Part shown: one piece after another, positions 47,223-57,041 of the stretch
Position numbering within the stretch: position 1 is the first letter of the stretch
Layout: each line of letters begins with the position of its first letter
Source: an uncultured Solirubrobacterales bacterium
GTDB taxonomy: Bacteria; Actinomycetota; Thermoleophilia; Solirubrobacterales; 70-9
NCBI GenBank assembly: GCA_963810105.1
Contig: CAWEMB010000001.1
Span: 781,112 to 845,111 of the forward strand
Reading direction: 5' to 3'
DNA: 64,000 bases
The notes under the pieces: model-generated
What the model was told of the DNA's origin: nothing
Seen by the model: only the letters and a program-made list of their open reading frames with translations
Databases searched by the model: none
Made by a program: the position numbers and the translations under genes

Positions 47223-47714
47223 TCAGGCGTCGGCGGGAGCGGCTTCGCGCAGGATGGCGATCAGCTCCTGGCTGATCGGGTCGTCCTTGATGCCCACTCC
47301 CACCAGGGTCGCCTTCTCTCCCTCGGCAGGCGACTCGATCGTGAAGGCCGTCATCCCCGACCGCTGCTCGCTGCTGACGCGCAGGCCGGCGCGCTCCCAG
47401 ACCGCGACCTCGTCCTTGAGCTTGAAGCTGCGGCCCTTGAAGGCGACGTCGAACGCGTAGAGCCTGGCCGGCGTCAGCGCCAGCATCACCCGCTCGGGCA
47501 GGCCGCCGGCTTTCTTCTTGTTGAAGAGCTTGTTCGCGGCGTAGACGATGCCTCCCAACTGGGCCTTGGAGATGACCATGCTGCTCGCTGCGCCGCCGCG
47601 TCGAAACGCCGCCGCGGAGAGGACCTCTTCGCCGTTGACCTGAGGAGCGACCAGGTCGCGGTAGTTCTGGCGCCACTCGGTCACCTGCTCCGGACTCATC
47701 TCGAACATCCCCAT
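47223..47714 (-). CDS. hypothetical protein (163 aa)
   Basis: The ORF has coding-like composition and is the first gene of an apparent three-gene operon with the small ORF and the ROK kinase. No family recognised. Confidence 0.55.
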   Translation of the reverse strand: MGMFEMSPEQVTEWRQNYRDLVAPQVNGEEVLSAAAFRRGGAASSMVISKAQLGGIVYAANKLFNKKKAGGLPERVMLALTPARLYAFDVAFKGRSFKLKDEVAVWERAGLRVSSEQRSGMTAFTIESPAEGEKATLVGVGIKDDPISQELIAILREAAPADA

Positions 47715-47735
47715 CGCTCACTCCTCCTTGGCAGG

Positions 47736-48368
47736 TTGGGGGCCGACCTTACTGCCGCACCCTCTGGAAAGCTAGGGACCGTGGCGGAGCAGGCCGGATG
47801 GAGGCTGTGGTGGCAAAAGCGGCGCTGGTACGAGCGCAATCGTCGCCGCCTGCGTCGATGGCGGCTCAATCGCCACGCCGCTCGGCACGGCTTCTTCATC
47901 CGCTATCCGGTCGAGGGCGAGGTGCTCGAAGGGCTCGAGGACGGACGGCTGAAGATCGGCGAGGGGACCCTGCTGGAGCCGGGGTGCTGGCTGACCATGG
48001 CGCCCGAGGCGCGGATCGAGATCGGCGCAGGCTGCTTCCTCAATCGCAACACGATGCTCGCCGCCCACCGCGAGATCTCGATCGGCGACCACGTGATGTT
48101 CGCCAACGGCTGCTTCGTCGGCGATGCCGACCACCGCTTCGACGATCCGCAGACGCCTGTCACCTGGCAGGGGTTTAGCTCCAAGGGCCCGGTTCGGATC
48201 GGCTCCAACTGCTGGTTCGGCGTCAACTGCGTGGTCACCAGCGGCGTCACGATCGGCGAGCGCTGCGTGATCGGCGCCAACTCGGTCGTCACGACGGACC
48301 TGCCGCCGGGCACGATCGCGGCCGGGGCGCCGGCGAGTGTGATCAAGGCAATCAATTTCCGCGACTGA
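47736..48368 (+). CDS. hexapeptide-repeat (LbH) acetyltransferase
   Basis: ...IGDHVMFANGCFVGDADH...IGSNCWFGVNCVVTSGVTIGERCVIGANSVV... is a left-handed beta-helix repeat. The Arg-rich N-terminus suggests that the real start is further downstream. Confidence 0.7.
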   Translation: MGADLTAAPSGKLGTVAEQAGWRLWWQKRRWYERNRRRLRRWRLNRHAARHGFFIRYPVEGEVLEGLEDGRLKIGEGTLLEPGCWLTMAPEARIEIGAGCFLNRNTMLAAHREISIGDHVMFANGCFVGDADHRFDDPQTPVTWQGFSSKGPVRIGSNCWFGVNCVVTSGVTIGERCVIGANSVVTTDLPPGTIAAGAPASVIKAINFRD

Positions 48369-48413
48369 GTGCCTATAATCGGTGTTCGGCCGTGACCCCA
48401 AGGGCATGGACCT

Positions 48414-49325
48414 ATGAACCTCAAGCTCTCCACCTCGCATCCGACAAGCGGCGCGACGGTAGTCCGCGCCAAGAGCGAGCTGCACGCCGCTCTCGCTGAC
48501 GCGCGCCGTCAAAGCCGCTCGATCGGGCTCGTGCCGACGATGGGATTCCTGCACGAGGGGCATCTTTCGCTGCTTCGCGCCGCTCGCGCCGAGTGCGACG
48601 TGGTGGTGATGAGCCTCTTCGTCAACCCGATGCAGTTCCAGCCGGACGAGGACCTCGAGCGCTATCCGCGCGACGAGGAGCGCGACCTCAGGCTCGCCGC
48701 CGAGGCCGGTGCCGACCTCGTCTACGCGCCCCCGGTCGAGGAGATCTACCCGCGGGGGTTCTCCACTCATGTGGCGGTGGAGGGGCTGACGGAAGTCCTC
48801 TGCGGAGACCCGGCGCGCCGCGGGGCCGGGCACTTCCGCGGCGTCACGACGGTGGTGGCAAAGCTCTTCAACACCGTTGGCCCGGACATCGCTTACTTCG
48901 GCCAGAAGGACGCCCAGCAGGCCGCCGTGATCCGGCGCATGGTGCGCGACCTTGACTTCCCGGTGCGTATAGAGACGCTGCCGACCGTACGTGAGGCCGA
49001 TGGCTTGGCGATGAGCTCGCGCAACGCCTATCTGGGGGCCGAGGACCGAGCCCGGGCCGCGGCCCTCTCACGAGCCCTGAAGAGGGCCGAGCGAGTGGCT
49101 CGGGAGGAGTCGCTGAGCGCCGGCATCGAGGCGGCGCGCGATGAGCTGGCGGCCGCCGGGATCGAGCCGGAGTATCTGGAGGCGCGCGATGCCGAGGAGC
49201 TGCAGCCGGTGGCCGAGATGAACGGCCGCCCCGTGCTGGTCGCGCTGGCAGCCCGTGTCGGCGCTGCGCGCTTGATCGACAACGTCTTGATCGACCCTTC
49301 GAAAACTGAAAAAACCGGCAATTAG
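48414..49325 (+). CDS. panC: pantoate--beta-alanine ligase
   Basis: GLVPTMGFLHEGHLSL and FGQKDAQQ motifs are present. Confidence 0.9.
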   Translation: MNLKLSTSHPTSGATVVRAKSELHAALADARRQSRSIGLVPTMGFLHEGHLSLLRAARAECDVVVMSLFVNPMQFQPDEDLERYPRDEERDLRLAAEAGADLVYAPPVEEIYPRGFSTHVAVEGLTEVLCGDPARRGAGHFRGVTTVVAKLFNTVGPDIAYFGQKDAQQAAVIRRMVRDLDFPVRIETLPTVREADGLAMSSRNAYLGAEDRARAAALSRALKRAERVAREESLSAGIEAARDELAAAGIEPEYLEARDAEELQPVAEMNGRPVLVALAARVGAARLIDNVLIDPSKTEKTGN

Positions 49326-49334
49326 GGAGAGCGA

Positions 49335-49787
49335 ATGCAGAGGCAGATGCTGAAGTCCAAGATCCACCGGGCCACGGTGACCGACTGCGACGTCGACTAC
49401 GTCGGCAGCATCACGATCGACACCGAGCTGATGGCCAGCGCCGACCTGATCACCAACGAGCAGGTGCATGTTTGGGACATCGACAACGGCGCTCGCTTCG
49501 TCACCTACGTGATCGACGGCGAGCCGGGCTCGGGCACGATGCAGGTCAACGGCGCCGCCGCCCACCTGACCCGCCCGGGCCACAAAATCATCGTCGCCTC
49601 CTTCGGCGCCTACGACGAGAGCGACCTCGAGGCCTATTCGCCGGTCGTCGTCCACGTCGGTGTCGACAACTCGATCGTCCGCGTCGACAGCCACCCCGAG
49701 GTGCTGCTGGGCGGGCCGGCGCCAAGCGGGCCCGAAGACGTTCCCGGCAGCTTCTCGCCCAGTTTCGGCGGAGGGATGCCGTCATGA
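49335..49787 (+). CDS. panD: aspartate 1-decarboxylase
   Basis: MLKSKIHRATVTDCDVDYVGSITID includes the G-S self-processing site. Confidence 0.95.
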   Translation: MQRQMLKSKIHRATVTDCDVDYVGSITIDTELMASADLITNEQVHVWDIDNGARFVTYVIDGEPGSGTMQVNGAAAHLTRPGHKIIVASFGAYDESDLEAYSPVVVHVGVDNSIVRVDSHPEVLLGGPAPSGPEDVPGSFSPSFGGGMPS

Positions 49788-50713
49788 GCGTCGGCGCGCG
49801 AGAGGCCCAGGCCGGCTCGGAGCGCAGACCGGTGACCGTGCCCCGGTTGGCTGAGATGAAGCAGGCGGGGGAACCGATCGTGATGGTCACCGCCTATGAC
49901 TATCCGTCGGCGACGGTGGCGGAGGAGGCAGGCGCCGATGTCGTCCTCGTTGGCGATTCCGCGGCGATGGTCGTGCTCGGATACCCGGGCACCGAGCCGG
50001 TCTCGATGGACGAGATGGTGATGCTGGGCAAGGCTGTGCGCCGGGGTCTGCGGACGCCGCTGATGGTCGGCGACATGCCGATGGGCAGCTACGAGGCCAG
50101 CAACGAGCTAGCCATCCAGAGCGCCCAGCGAATGGTCAAGGAGACCGGCTGCCAGGCCGTCAAGCTGGAGGCGGGGGGCACCTCGGTCGAGCGAGCGCGG
50201 GCGATCGTGCGGGCGGGGATCCCGGTCATGGGCCACGTCGGGCTCACTCCACAGCGAGCCAACGCGCTGGGCGGCTACAAGGCGCAGGGCAAGACGGCGG
50301 AGGCCGCGATGCGGCTCTGCGAGGACGCGCTGGCGCTGCAGTCGGTTGGCTGCTTTGCGATCGTCTTCGAGGCGGTGCCGACGGCGGTGGCCGAGGCGAT
50401 CGTCGAGAAGCTGGAGGTGCCGACGATCGGGATCGGCGCCGGCCCGGCGACCGCCGGGCAGGTACTCGTCTTCCATGACCTGCTGGGGATTACCACCGGG
50501 CGGACGGCGAAATTCGTCAAGCGATACGCCGAGGTGCACGAGGCGATGCTGGACGGGGTCAGTCGCTACGCGGCCGAGGTGCGCAGCCGCCACTTCCCCG
50601 AGCCGGACCACGTCTATGGCATCGAGCCGGCCGAGCTGGCCGAGTTCAGGCGCTACCTCGACCAGGAGAGCCTCGCCTCCCAGAAGGCCTGGGACTGGGA
50701 GCCGCTGCCTTAG
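49784..50713 (+). CDS. panB: 3-methyl-2-oxobutanoate hydroxymethyltransferase
   Basis: ATG 49784 shares an ATGA overlap with panD. ...IVMVTAYDYPSA...VGDSAAMVVLGY...VKLEGG... is present. The ORF-track start 49472 is an artefact. Confidence 0.95.
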   Translation: MSVGAREAQAGSERRPVTVPRLAEMKQAGEPIVMVTAYDYPSATVAEEAGADVVLVGDSAAMVVLGYPGTEPVSMDEMVMLGKAVRRGLRTPLMVGDMPMGSYEASNELAIQSAQRMVKETGCQAVKLEAGGTSVERARAIVRAGIPVMGHVGLTPQRANALGGYKAQGKTAEAAMRLCEDALALQSVGCFAIVFEAVPTAVAEAIVEKLEVPTIGIGAGPATAGQVLVFHDLLGITTGRTAKFVKRYAEVHEAMLDGVSRYAAEVRSRHFPEPDHVYGIEPAELAEFRRYLDQESLASQKAWDWEPLP

Positions 50714-50777
50714 AAACGCGTCTCATCGCTCCGGCGGGTTATGAGACAGGTTCTAGGCATACCATGGGCGTCGCGGC

Positions 50778-51038
50778 ATGCCCATCTACGAGTTCGAGTG
50801 TGAACGGTGTGGGAATCGCTTCGAGGAGCTGAGCTCGGGAAGCGCGCCCGAGCCTGCCTGCGCGCAGTGCGGATCGCCAGGGACCCGGCGCCGGCTCTCG
50901 GCCTTCGCGCCGTCGGCCCGGCAGCCGCGCGGGGCTCGCGTCCGCTCGGCTGAAGGCGCTCGCCGGGAGCGCGAGGCCGCTCGTGGGGAGCGCCTCGCGC
51001 AGGCGAGGAGCAAACGCAAGAAGGGGGAGATGGGATGA
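50778..51038 (+). CDS. FmdB-family zinc-ribbon protein
   Basis: MPIYEFECERCGNRFEEL...CAQCGS has two CxxC pairs. Confidence 0.8.
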   Translation: MPIYEFECERCGNRFEELSSGSAPEPACAQCGSPGTRRRLSAFAPSARQPRGARVRSAEGARREREAARGERLAQARSKRKKGEMG

Positions 51039-51724
51039 GCCCTTCGGCCGAGCAGCGACGGGAGAGGTTGGTCGAACTCTACAAGCAGGTTGAGACCTGC
51101 ACCCGCTGCCCGCTGCATGAGACCCGCACCAAAGCGGTCTTCGGGGCGGGCAATTCGGATGCCGATTTGATGTTCGTCGGCGAGGCGCCGGGGGCGGCGG
51201 AGGACCAGCAGGGGCTGCCGTTCGTCGGCCGCGCCGGCCAGCTTCTCAACGAGCTCCTGGCCGAGATCGGCCTCTCCCGCCAGGACGTCTTCATCGCCAA
51301 CGTCCTCAAGAGCCGCCCGCCGGACAATCGGGACCCACAGCCACTGGAGATCGAGGCCTGCCGGCCGTACCTCTTCGAGCAGGTGCAGCTGATCGAGCCC
51401 AAGGTCATCTGCACGCTGGGGAACTTCGCCACCAAGCTGCTGACCGGCAGCCAGGCTGGAATCACCAGTGTCCGAGGCACACCGCAGGTGCACGAGCTGG
51501 GAGGGCGCGTCGTCTTCCTGCTGCCGCTCTTTCATCCCGCCGCGGCGCTGCGCACGCCGGCGATGAAGGAGACCCTGCGCGGCGACCTGCGGGCGCTGCC
51601 GGACCTTCTGGCGGCGCCGGCGCCGACACTGCACGAGCCCTTCGAGGATCCGCTCGAGGAGCAGCTCGGGGCAGAGAGCGTCTCGGCTCCGCCGCCGGCG
51701 GACCAACTAGACCTCTTCGGTTGA
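51035..51724 (+). CDS. uracil-DNA glycosylase, family 4
   Basis: CTRCPLHETRTKAVFGAGN...MFVGEAPGAAEDQQGLPFVGRAG motifs are present. Confidence 0.9.
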   Translation: MSPSAEQRRERLVELYKQVETCTRCPLHETRTKAVFGAGNSDADLMFVGEAPGAAEDQQGLPFVGRAGQLLNELLAEIGLSRQDVFIANVLKSRPPDNRDPQPLEIEACRPYLFEQVQLIEPKVICTLGNFATKLLTGSQAGITSVRGTPQVHELGGRVVFLLPLFHPAAALRTPAMKETLRGDLRALPDLLAAPAPTLHEPFEDPLEEQLGAESVSAPPPADQLDLFG

Positions 51725-52161
51725 TCGCAGGTCCTCACACGACCTCCTCCGCGGCGCAGACCGAAGCGCTCGGTGCCCGGATCGCGGCCCAGCTGAGCCC
51801 CGGCGACGTGGTCATCGTCAGCGGCGACGTCGGCGCCGGCAAGACGACGCTGATTCGCGGCGCCTGCCGCGCTCTTGGCATCGAGGGCCCTGTTACCTCG
51901 CCGACCTTCACGATCGGCCAGCGCTACAGCGGTGGCCGGCTGCCGGTTTCCCACCTCGACCTCTACCGGTTGAGCGACCTCGAAAGAGAGGAGCCGGCCC
52001 TGCTCGAGGACTACGTCGACGAGCGCTCGGTCGCCTTCGTCGAGTGGCCGGCGGTGGCCGAGCCGGTGCTGGCGGAGCGGGTGGCCCTGGAAGCCCACCT
52101 CCACCATGGCGGCGGCGATAGGCGGACGATCGAGGTCTCGCCGCATCCTCCCGCAAATTGA
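51721..52161 (+). CDS. tsaE: tRNA t6A37 biosynthesis ATPase TsaE
   Basis: GDVGAGKTTLIRG is a P-loop. The gene sits in the tsaE/tsaB/rimI/tsaD context. Confidence 0.85.
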   Translation: MIAGPHTTSSAAQTEALGARIAAQLSPGDVVIVSGDVGAGKTTLIRGACRALGIEGPVTSPTFTIGQRYSGGRLPVSHLDLYRLSDLEREEPALLEDYVDERSVAFVEWPAVAEPVLAERVALEAHLHHGGGDRRTIEVSPHPPAN

Positions 52162-52240
52162 CGTGTTTCGAAGCTAGAGCCGGCGGTGTAGCATCGGCCG
52201 CGCGAATCAACTTGACGAAACGAAGGAGGGGGGCGCCCAG

Positions 52241-52615
52241 ATGAAGGCATTGAAGACGCTGATGGCGGTTGCACTCGCGATAGCGCTGTTGGCGAGCGCG
52301 GTGCCCGCGAGCGCCAAGACGGCTGCCTTCAAGCACTACGTCGCCTGCGGCCTCTCCCAGAACGCAAAGCCCTCCCACCTCTGCCAGAAGAGCCGCGACA
52401 AGGGCGCTTTCTTCCGCAGCAACCTGGCCGACGTCTACTACAAGGTGTGCGTCAAGTTCCCGACTGGGGCCAATCAGTGCAAGGGCCAGCAGAAAGCGGT
52501 CAAGGGCACCCTTTACGTCAACGAGGTCACCTCCAACATTCCCGGCAAACACCGTGTCACCTGGTTTGTCGCCGGCAAGCGGGTTGGCGTCTTCCTCTTC
52601 ACGATCCCCGGCTGA
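52241..52615 (+). CDS. small secreted Lys- and Cys-rich protein of unknown function
   Basis: A signal peptide (MKALKTLMAVALAIALLASAVPASA) is present, and GGAGG lies 11 nt upstream. The 124-aa product has 14 Lys against 4 Arg, and 4 Cys. Confidence 0.6.
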   Translation: MKALKTLMAVALAIALLASAVPASAKTAAFKHYVACGLSQNAKPSHLCQKSRDKGAFFRSNLADVYYKVCVKFPTGANQCKGQQKAVKGTLYVNEVTSNIPGKHRVTWFVAGKRVGVFLFTIPG

Positions 52616-53339
52616 CGAAGAGCTCGACCTGGTCGTAGTCGGCTTCGACACCGCGACCGAGGACACGTCCGTCTGCGCCATCGCGGGTGGTGAGGTCGTG
52701 CACGAGTCGCTGCTTGGCTTGGGCGCGGACGGCGGGCCGCGGCACTCGACCGCCCTGCTCGTGGAGCTGGAGCGCGCCGCGGCGGCGGCCGGCGGCTGGG
52801 AGGCGGTGCAGAGGATTGCTGTCGGCCTCGGCCCCGGCTCCTTCACCGGTCTGCGGATCGGCATTGCCACCGCACGCGCCCTGGGGGCAAGCACCGGCGT
52901 GCCGGCGACCGGCGTCTGCACGCTCGACGCGCTGGGGCGGGCGCTGGTGCAGTCGGAGAAGGGCGGCTCTGCGTGCCTGGCCGTCCTCGATGCCCGGCGC
53001 AGCGAGGTATTCGCGGCCCTCTACTCGCGGGGTGGCGAGCGCATCTGGGGGCCGCTGGTCTGCGTCCCCTCCGAGCTGGTCGAGCGCCTGGGGGAGCTGC
53101 CCGAGGCCCCGCTGACGGGCGGATCGGGGGCGCTACGATTTCGTCATGAGCTGGCAGGCTGTGACGTTGAGATACCGGACGGCACGGACCCCGTGCACCG
53201 GGTCGCCGCCCGGCATATCTGCGCTCTCGCGGCGGCCGGGGACGCCGGGGGCGACCTCGCCCGGCTCGCACCGATCTATCTGAGGCCTCCCGACGCGGAA
53301 CGTTGGCGTGAGCGAGACACTTTCCAAAAATCAGAGTGA
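52554..53339 (+). CDS. tsaB: tRNA t6A37 biosynthesis protein TsaB
   Basis: The product is TsaB/YeaZ-like from ...LVVVGFDTATEDTSVC. The only canonical start, ATG 52554, overlaps the upstream gene by 62 nt. The alternative is CTG 52629. Confidence 0.8.
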   Translation: MSPGLSPASGLASSSSRSPADEELDLVVVGFDTATEDTSVCAIAGGEVVHESLLGLGADGGPRHSTALLVELERAAAAAGGWEAVQRIAVGLGPGSFTGLRIGIATARALGASTGVPATGVCTLDALGRALVQSEKGGSACLAVLDARRSEVFAALYSRGGERIWGPLVCVPSELVERLGELPEAPLTGGSGALRFRHELAGCDVEIPDGTDPVHRVAARHICALAAAGDAGGDLARLAPIYLRPPDAERWRERDTFQKSE

Positions 53340-53358
53340 GGTAGGCGTAGAGCTGACG

Positions 53359-53778
53359 ATGCGGCGGCTCGCCTACAGCGACCTGCCCTCCGTGCTTGCG
53401 ATCGAGCGGCGTTCCTTCCCGACTCCGTGGTCGCTGGCGATGTTCGTGCTGGAGCTCTCCAAGCCCTCCGGAATCTGCCTCGCGGCCTCCGCGGAGGATG
53501 AGCTGTTCGGCTACCTCGTCTGCTCCCGCTACGACCAGGTTTGGCACCTGATGAACGTGGCCGTGGCGCCGGAGCGGCGCCGCACGGGCGTTGCCAGAGG
53601 GTTGATCGCACGGCTCCTCGAGGAGGCGGGAGAGGGGCTGCCGTTCACGCTCGAGGTCCGCGTCTCCAACCGGTCGGCGATCACGATGTACGAGAACCTC
53701 GGCTTCCGCTCGGCCGGAGTGCGCCCTCGCTACTACCAGGACAACGGCGAGGACGCGCTGATCATGTGGCTGGACTAA
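53359..53778 (+). CDS. rimI: ribosomal-protein-alanine N-acetyltransferase
   Basis: The GNAT fold motifs ...LMNVAVAPERRRTGVARGL... are present. The start is placed at ATG 53359. Confidence 0.85.
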   Translation: MRRLAYSDLPSVLAIERRSFPTPWSLAMFVLELSKPSGICLAASAEDELFGYLVCSRYDQVWHLMNVAVAPERRRTGVARGLIARLLEEAGEGLPFTLEVRVSNRSAITMYENLGFRSAGVRPRYYQDNGEDALIMWLD

Positions 53779-53830
53779 CGCCTCGCCACCCGCCCGCGGC
53801 GGACGCGGGAGCGAGTGAGCAAGATCTCCG

Positions 53831-54880
53831 GTGACTATGAGTGCGAGCGAGCAAGAGCAGAGCACGCGGGCGGAACTTATTCTGGCGATAGAGACGTCCT
53901 GCGACGACACCTGCGCGGCGGTTCTCGACGGCCCGCGGATCCTCGCCAACGTGATCTCCTCGCAGGCCGACGCGCACGCGCGCTTCGGCGGCGTCGTGCC
54001 GGAGGTCGCCGCGCGCCACCATCTCGAGCTGACGGTGCCGGTGGTCGAAAGCGCGCTCAGCGAGGCCGCGGTTTCCCTCGCGGAGATCGAGGCGGTGGCG
54101 GTGACCGCCGGGCCGGGCCTGATCGGCGCCCTGCTGGTCGGGGTCAGCACGGCGAAGGCGCTCGCCGCGCCACGCCGCCTGCCGTTGATCCCCGTCGATC
54201 ATCTCCAGGGCCACGTGGCGGCGAACTTCCTCGAGCCCGAACCGCTGGAGCCGCCCTTCCTGTGCCTGGTGGCGAGCGGCGGCCACACGCTGCTGGCCGC
54301 GGTCCGCGACCACGCTTCGCATGAGGTGCTCGGCGAGACGCTCGACGACGCCGCCGGCGAGGCCTTCGACAAGGTCGCCCGCATGCTGGGCCTCGGCTAT
54401 CCCGGCGGGCCGGAGCTGGAACTCCTTGCCGCGGCGGGGGACCCGGAGGCCTTCGAGCTGCCGGTGGCGATGAGCCGCGACCCCGGCCTCGACTTCAGCT
54501 TCAGCGGCCTCAAGACAGCGCTCGTCTACCTCTGCCGCGACCTCGGGGCCGAGGGCGTGGAGGAGCGCCGCGCCGATCTTGCCGCCAGCTTCCAGGCGGC
54601 GGCGGTCGGCCAGCTGGTCGCGAAGCTGCGACGGGCGCTGCGGGGCGGCGAGTGGAGCGCGGTTGCGCTGGGGGGCGGGGTCGCCGCCAACGGGCCGCTG
54701 CGCGAGGCGGTGGCGGTCCTATGCGAGCGCGAAGGCGTGCGGCTGAAGCTGGTGCCGGGCCGGCTCTGTACCGACAACGCGGCGATGATCGGCTCCGCCG
54801 GGCGCTTTACGTCCCCGATTCCCTATCCGGACTACCTCTCCTACGACGCCTTCGCCAGCGGGGAAACAGCCGCGGCATGA
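53831..54880 (+). CDS. tsaD: tRNA N6-adenosine threonylcarbamoyltransferase
   Basis: LILAIETSCDDTCAAV..., HHLE and GGHT motifs are present. The start is GTG 53831 or ATG 53837. Confidence 0.95.
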   Translation: MTMSASEQEQSTRAELILAIETSCDDTCAAVLDGPRILANVISSQADAHARFGGVVPEVAARHHLELTVPVVESALSEAAVSLAEIEAVAVTAGPGLIGALLVGVSTAKALAAPRRLPLIPVDHLQGHVAANFLEPEPLEPPFLCLVASGGHTLLAAVRDHASHEVLGETLDDAAGEAFDKVARMLGLGYPGGPELELLAAAGDPEAFELPVAMSRDPGLDFSFSGLKTALVYLCRDLGAEGVEERRADLAASFQAAAVGQLVAKLRRALRGGEWSAVALGGGVAANGPLREAVAVLCEREGVRLKLVPGRLCTDNAAMIGSAGRFTSPIPYPDYLSYDAFASGETAAA

Positions 54881-55146
54881 CCGAGGTCGTCGTCTACTCC
54901 CGTCCCGGCTGCCACCTCTGCAGCGAGGCGCTGGAGGCGATCGTCGCCCTGCACGAGGAGGGCTATCGCTTTGCCCTGCGGGAGGTCGACATCGAGAGCG
55001 ACGAAGAGCTGCTGCGGCGGCTGCTCGAGCGAATCCCCGTGGTCGAGGTTGACGGGGCGGTCGTCTCCGAGCTGATTCTGGACGAGGCCGGCCTTCGAGC
55101 AAGGCTCGATACTGTGGAGAGCAACGATGGAGCCGGCAATCGATGA
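54877..55146 (+). CDS. glutaredoxin-like protein (DUF836/YruB-like)
   Basis: MTEVVVYSRPGCHLCSEA contains a CxxC motif. It shares an ATGA overlap with tsaD. The ORF-track start 54652 lies inside tsaD. Confidence 0.75.
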   Translation: MTEVVVYSRPGCHLCSEALEAIVALHEEGYRFALREVDIESDEELLRRLLERIPVVEVDGAVVSELILDEAGLRARLDTVESNDGAGNR

Positions 55147-55795
55147 GCGTGAGGTGGATGGCGAGCTGATCGTCGACGGCGAGCGGCTTTCGCTCGGCGT
55201 CGCAGCGCGCCTTTCCCGCTACCTCCAGGTCCTCACCCAGGCCCGGAAGATGGGGCGGGAGACGATCTCCTCGCAGGAACTCTCCGAGTACACGCACATC
55301 AATCCGACCCAGATCCGCCGCGATCTCTCCGGCTTCGGCAAGTTCGGCAAGCGCGGCGTCGGCTACAACGTCGACTCGCTGGTGGCCGAGATCCGCAAGA
55401 TCCTGCGCACTTCGGGCCAGCACAACATCGCCCTCTTCGGCGCCGGCAACCTGGGCCAGGCAATCGCCAGCTCCGACATCTTCGCCGACCACGGCTTCCA
55501 GATCGTGGCCATGTTCGACGTCGACCCGACCGTGGTCGGGACCGAGGTGGGCCATATGCAGGTGCGTGACTTCGGCGACCTGGAGGCCGCGGTGGCCGAC
55601 CAGGAGATCGTCGTCGGCGTGCTTGCCGTCCCCGCCGACGCCGCACAGGCGGTGGCCGACCGCCTGGTCGAGGCGGGGGTGAAGATCATCTTCAACTACT
55701 CCGAGCAACTGCTCCAGGTGCCACCCGAGGTGACGGTTCACACCTCGAGCCCGGCCGTCGACCTGCTCTATGCCCTGTACTTCTATTTGACCTGA
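55127..55795 (+). CDS. rex: redox-sensing transcriptional repressor Rex
   Basis: ...LSRYLQVL...ISSQELSEYTHINPTQIRRDLSGFGKFGKRGVGY... is followed by a Rossmann motif GAGNLG. Confidence 0.9.
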   Translation: MEPAIDEREVDGELIVDGERLSLGVAARLSRYLQVLTQARKMGRETISSQELSEYTHINPTQIRRDLSGFGKFGKRGVGYNVDSLVAEIRKILRTSGQHNIALFGAGNLGQAIASSDIFADHGFQIVAMFDVDPTVVGTEVGHMQVRDFGDLEAAVADQEIVVGVLAVPADAAQAVADRLVEAGVKIIFNYSEQLLQVPPEVTVHTSSPAVDLLYALYFYLT

Positions 55796-55800
55796 GCGCC

Positions 55801-56958
55801 GTGTCCCTCGATTTCGACCTCGCTCGGGAGACATTCGAGTCCTCGACCGACTTCACGATCGGCCTGGAGGAGGAGTTCGCGATCCTCGACCCGGGCACGC
55901 TCGAGCTCGAGCACCGCTTCGAGGACCTCTACGCGGCCTGCCAGCGCGACGAGGTGCTGGCGGAGTCGGCCGCCGGCGAGCTGATCGCCGCGGAGATCGA
56001 GATCCGCTCCGGCCGCGCGGAGAGCTTTGCCGAGGCGATCGCCCTGCAGCAGGAGCGCCGCCGGCGGCTCTTCGGCTTGGCGGACGGCATGGGCCTGGCG
56101 CTGGGCGCGGCGGGCACCCACCCGTGGGCCAGCTACCTCGACCAGCGGATCATCGACACGCCCCACTACACAAGGCTCAGGCATGAACTCGGCTGGGTCG
56201 CGCAGCGCAACAACACCTGGAGCCTGCACCTCCACATGGGCGTGCGCGGCGCCGATCGAGCGATCGCCGTCTGCGACTCGATGCGGGAGCTGCTGCCGCT
56301 GCTGCTTGCCGTCTCGGCAAATTCACCCTTCCTCGACCGCCATGACACCGGCCTGCACACGGTGCGCACAGAGATCTTCACCCGCACCTTCCCGCGCTGC
56401 GGCGTGCCCAGCCCCTTCGGCGATTGGGAGCGCTATGTCGACTTCGTCTCCCTGCTCGAGCGCACCGGCACCGTCGTCGAGTCGACTCAGCTCTGGTGGA
56501 GCGTCCGCCCCCACCATGCCTTCGGCACCGTCGAGGTGCGGATCTGCGACGCCCAGACCCGGGGCGAGGAGTCATTCGCCCTCGCCGGCCTGATCGCCGC
56601 CTGCATCGCGCAGACGGCGATCGACTACGACGAGCATGGCCACGGCGGCGGCCGGCGGCCGCTCGAAGACCGCCAGATCGAGGAGAACCTCTGGCGGGCG
56701 ATCCGGCATGGGATGAGCGGCCGGATGATCGACTTCCGGCGCGGGGAAGAGGTCGAGACGCGAGCGGCGCTGGAGGAGGTCCTCGCCTGGACCGAGCCGG
56801 CTCGCGAGCGGCTCGGCATCGCGGTCGAGCTGCCGCAGCGAAACGGCGCCCAGCGGGCCCGTGAGGCGCTCGACGCCGGGCTCGCGATCGAGGACATCTA
56901 CCGCGACGCGGTCGCCGAGACAAAGCGGACCTACACCGCCGCCAAACAGGCGGCATAG
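55801..56958 (+). CDS. carboxylate-amine ligase, glutamate-cysteine ligase family 2 (YbdK-like)
   Basis: FTIGLEEEFAILDP...THPW...WSLHLHMGV... are GCS2 hallmarks. It has a GTG start. Confidence 0.9.
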   Translation: MSLDFDLARETFESSTDFTIGLEEEFAILDPGTLELEHRFEDLYAACQRDEVLAESAAGELIAAEIEIRSGRAESFAEAIALQQERRRRLFGLADGMGLALGAAGTHPWASYLDQRIIDTPHYTRLRHELGWVAQRNNTWSLHLHMGVRGADRAIAVCDSMRELLPLLLAVSANSPFLDRHDTGLHTVRTEIFTRTFPRCGVPSPFGDWERYVDFVSLLERTGTVVESTQLWWSVRPHHAFGTVEVRICDAQTRGEESFALAGLIAACIAQTAIDYDEHGHGGGRRPLEDRQIEENLWRAIRHGMSGRMIDFRRGEEVETRAALEEVLAWTEPARERLGIAVELPQRNGAQRAREALDAGLAIEDIYRDAVAETKRTYTAAKQAA

Positions 56959-57041
56959 AAGCGCTTTCGGGGTCACGGGACGCCTAATCCGCGGCCCCAT
57001 ATAGACTCCCGCGCCGCTAAAACCAGCCGGAGGAATCGAAC

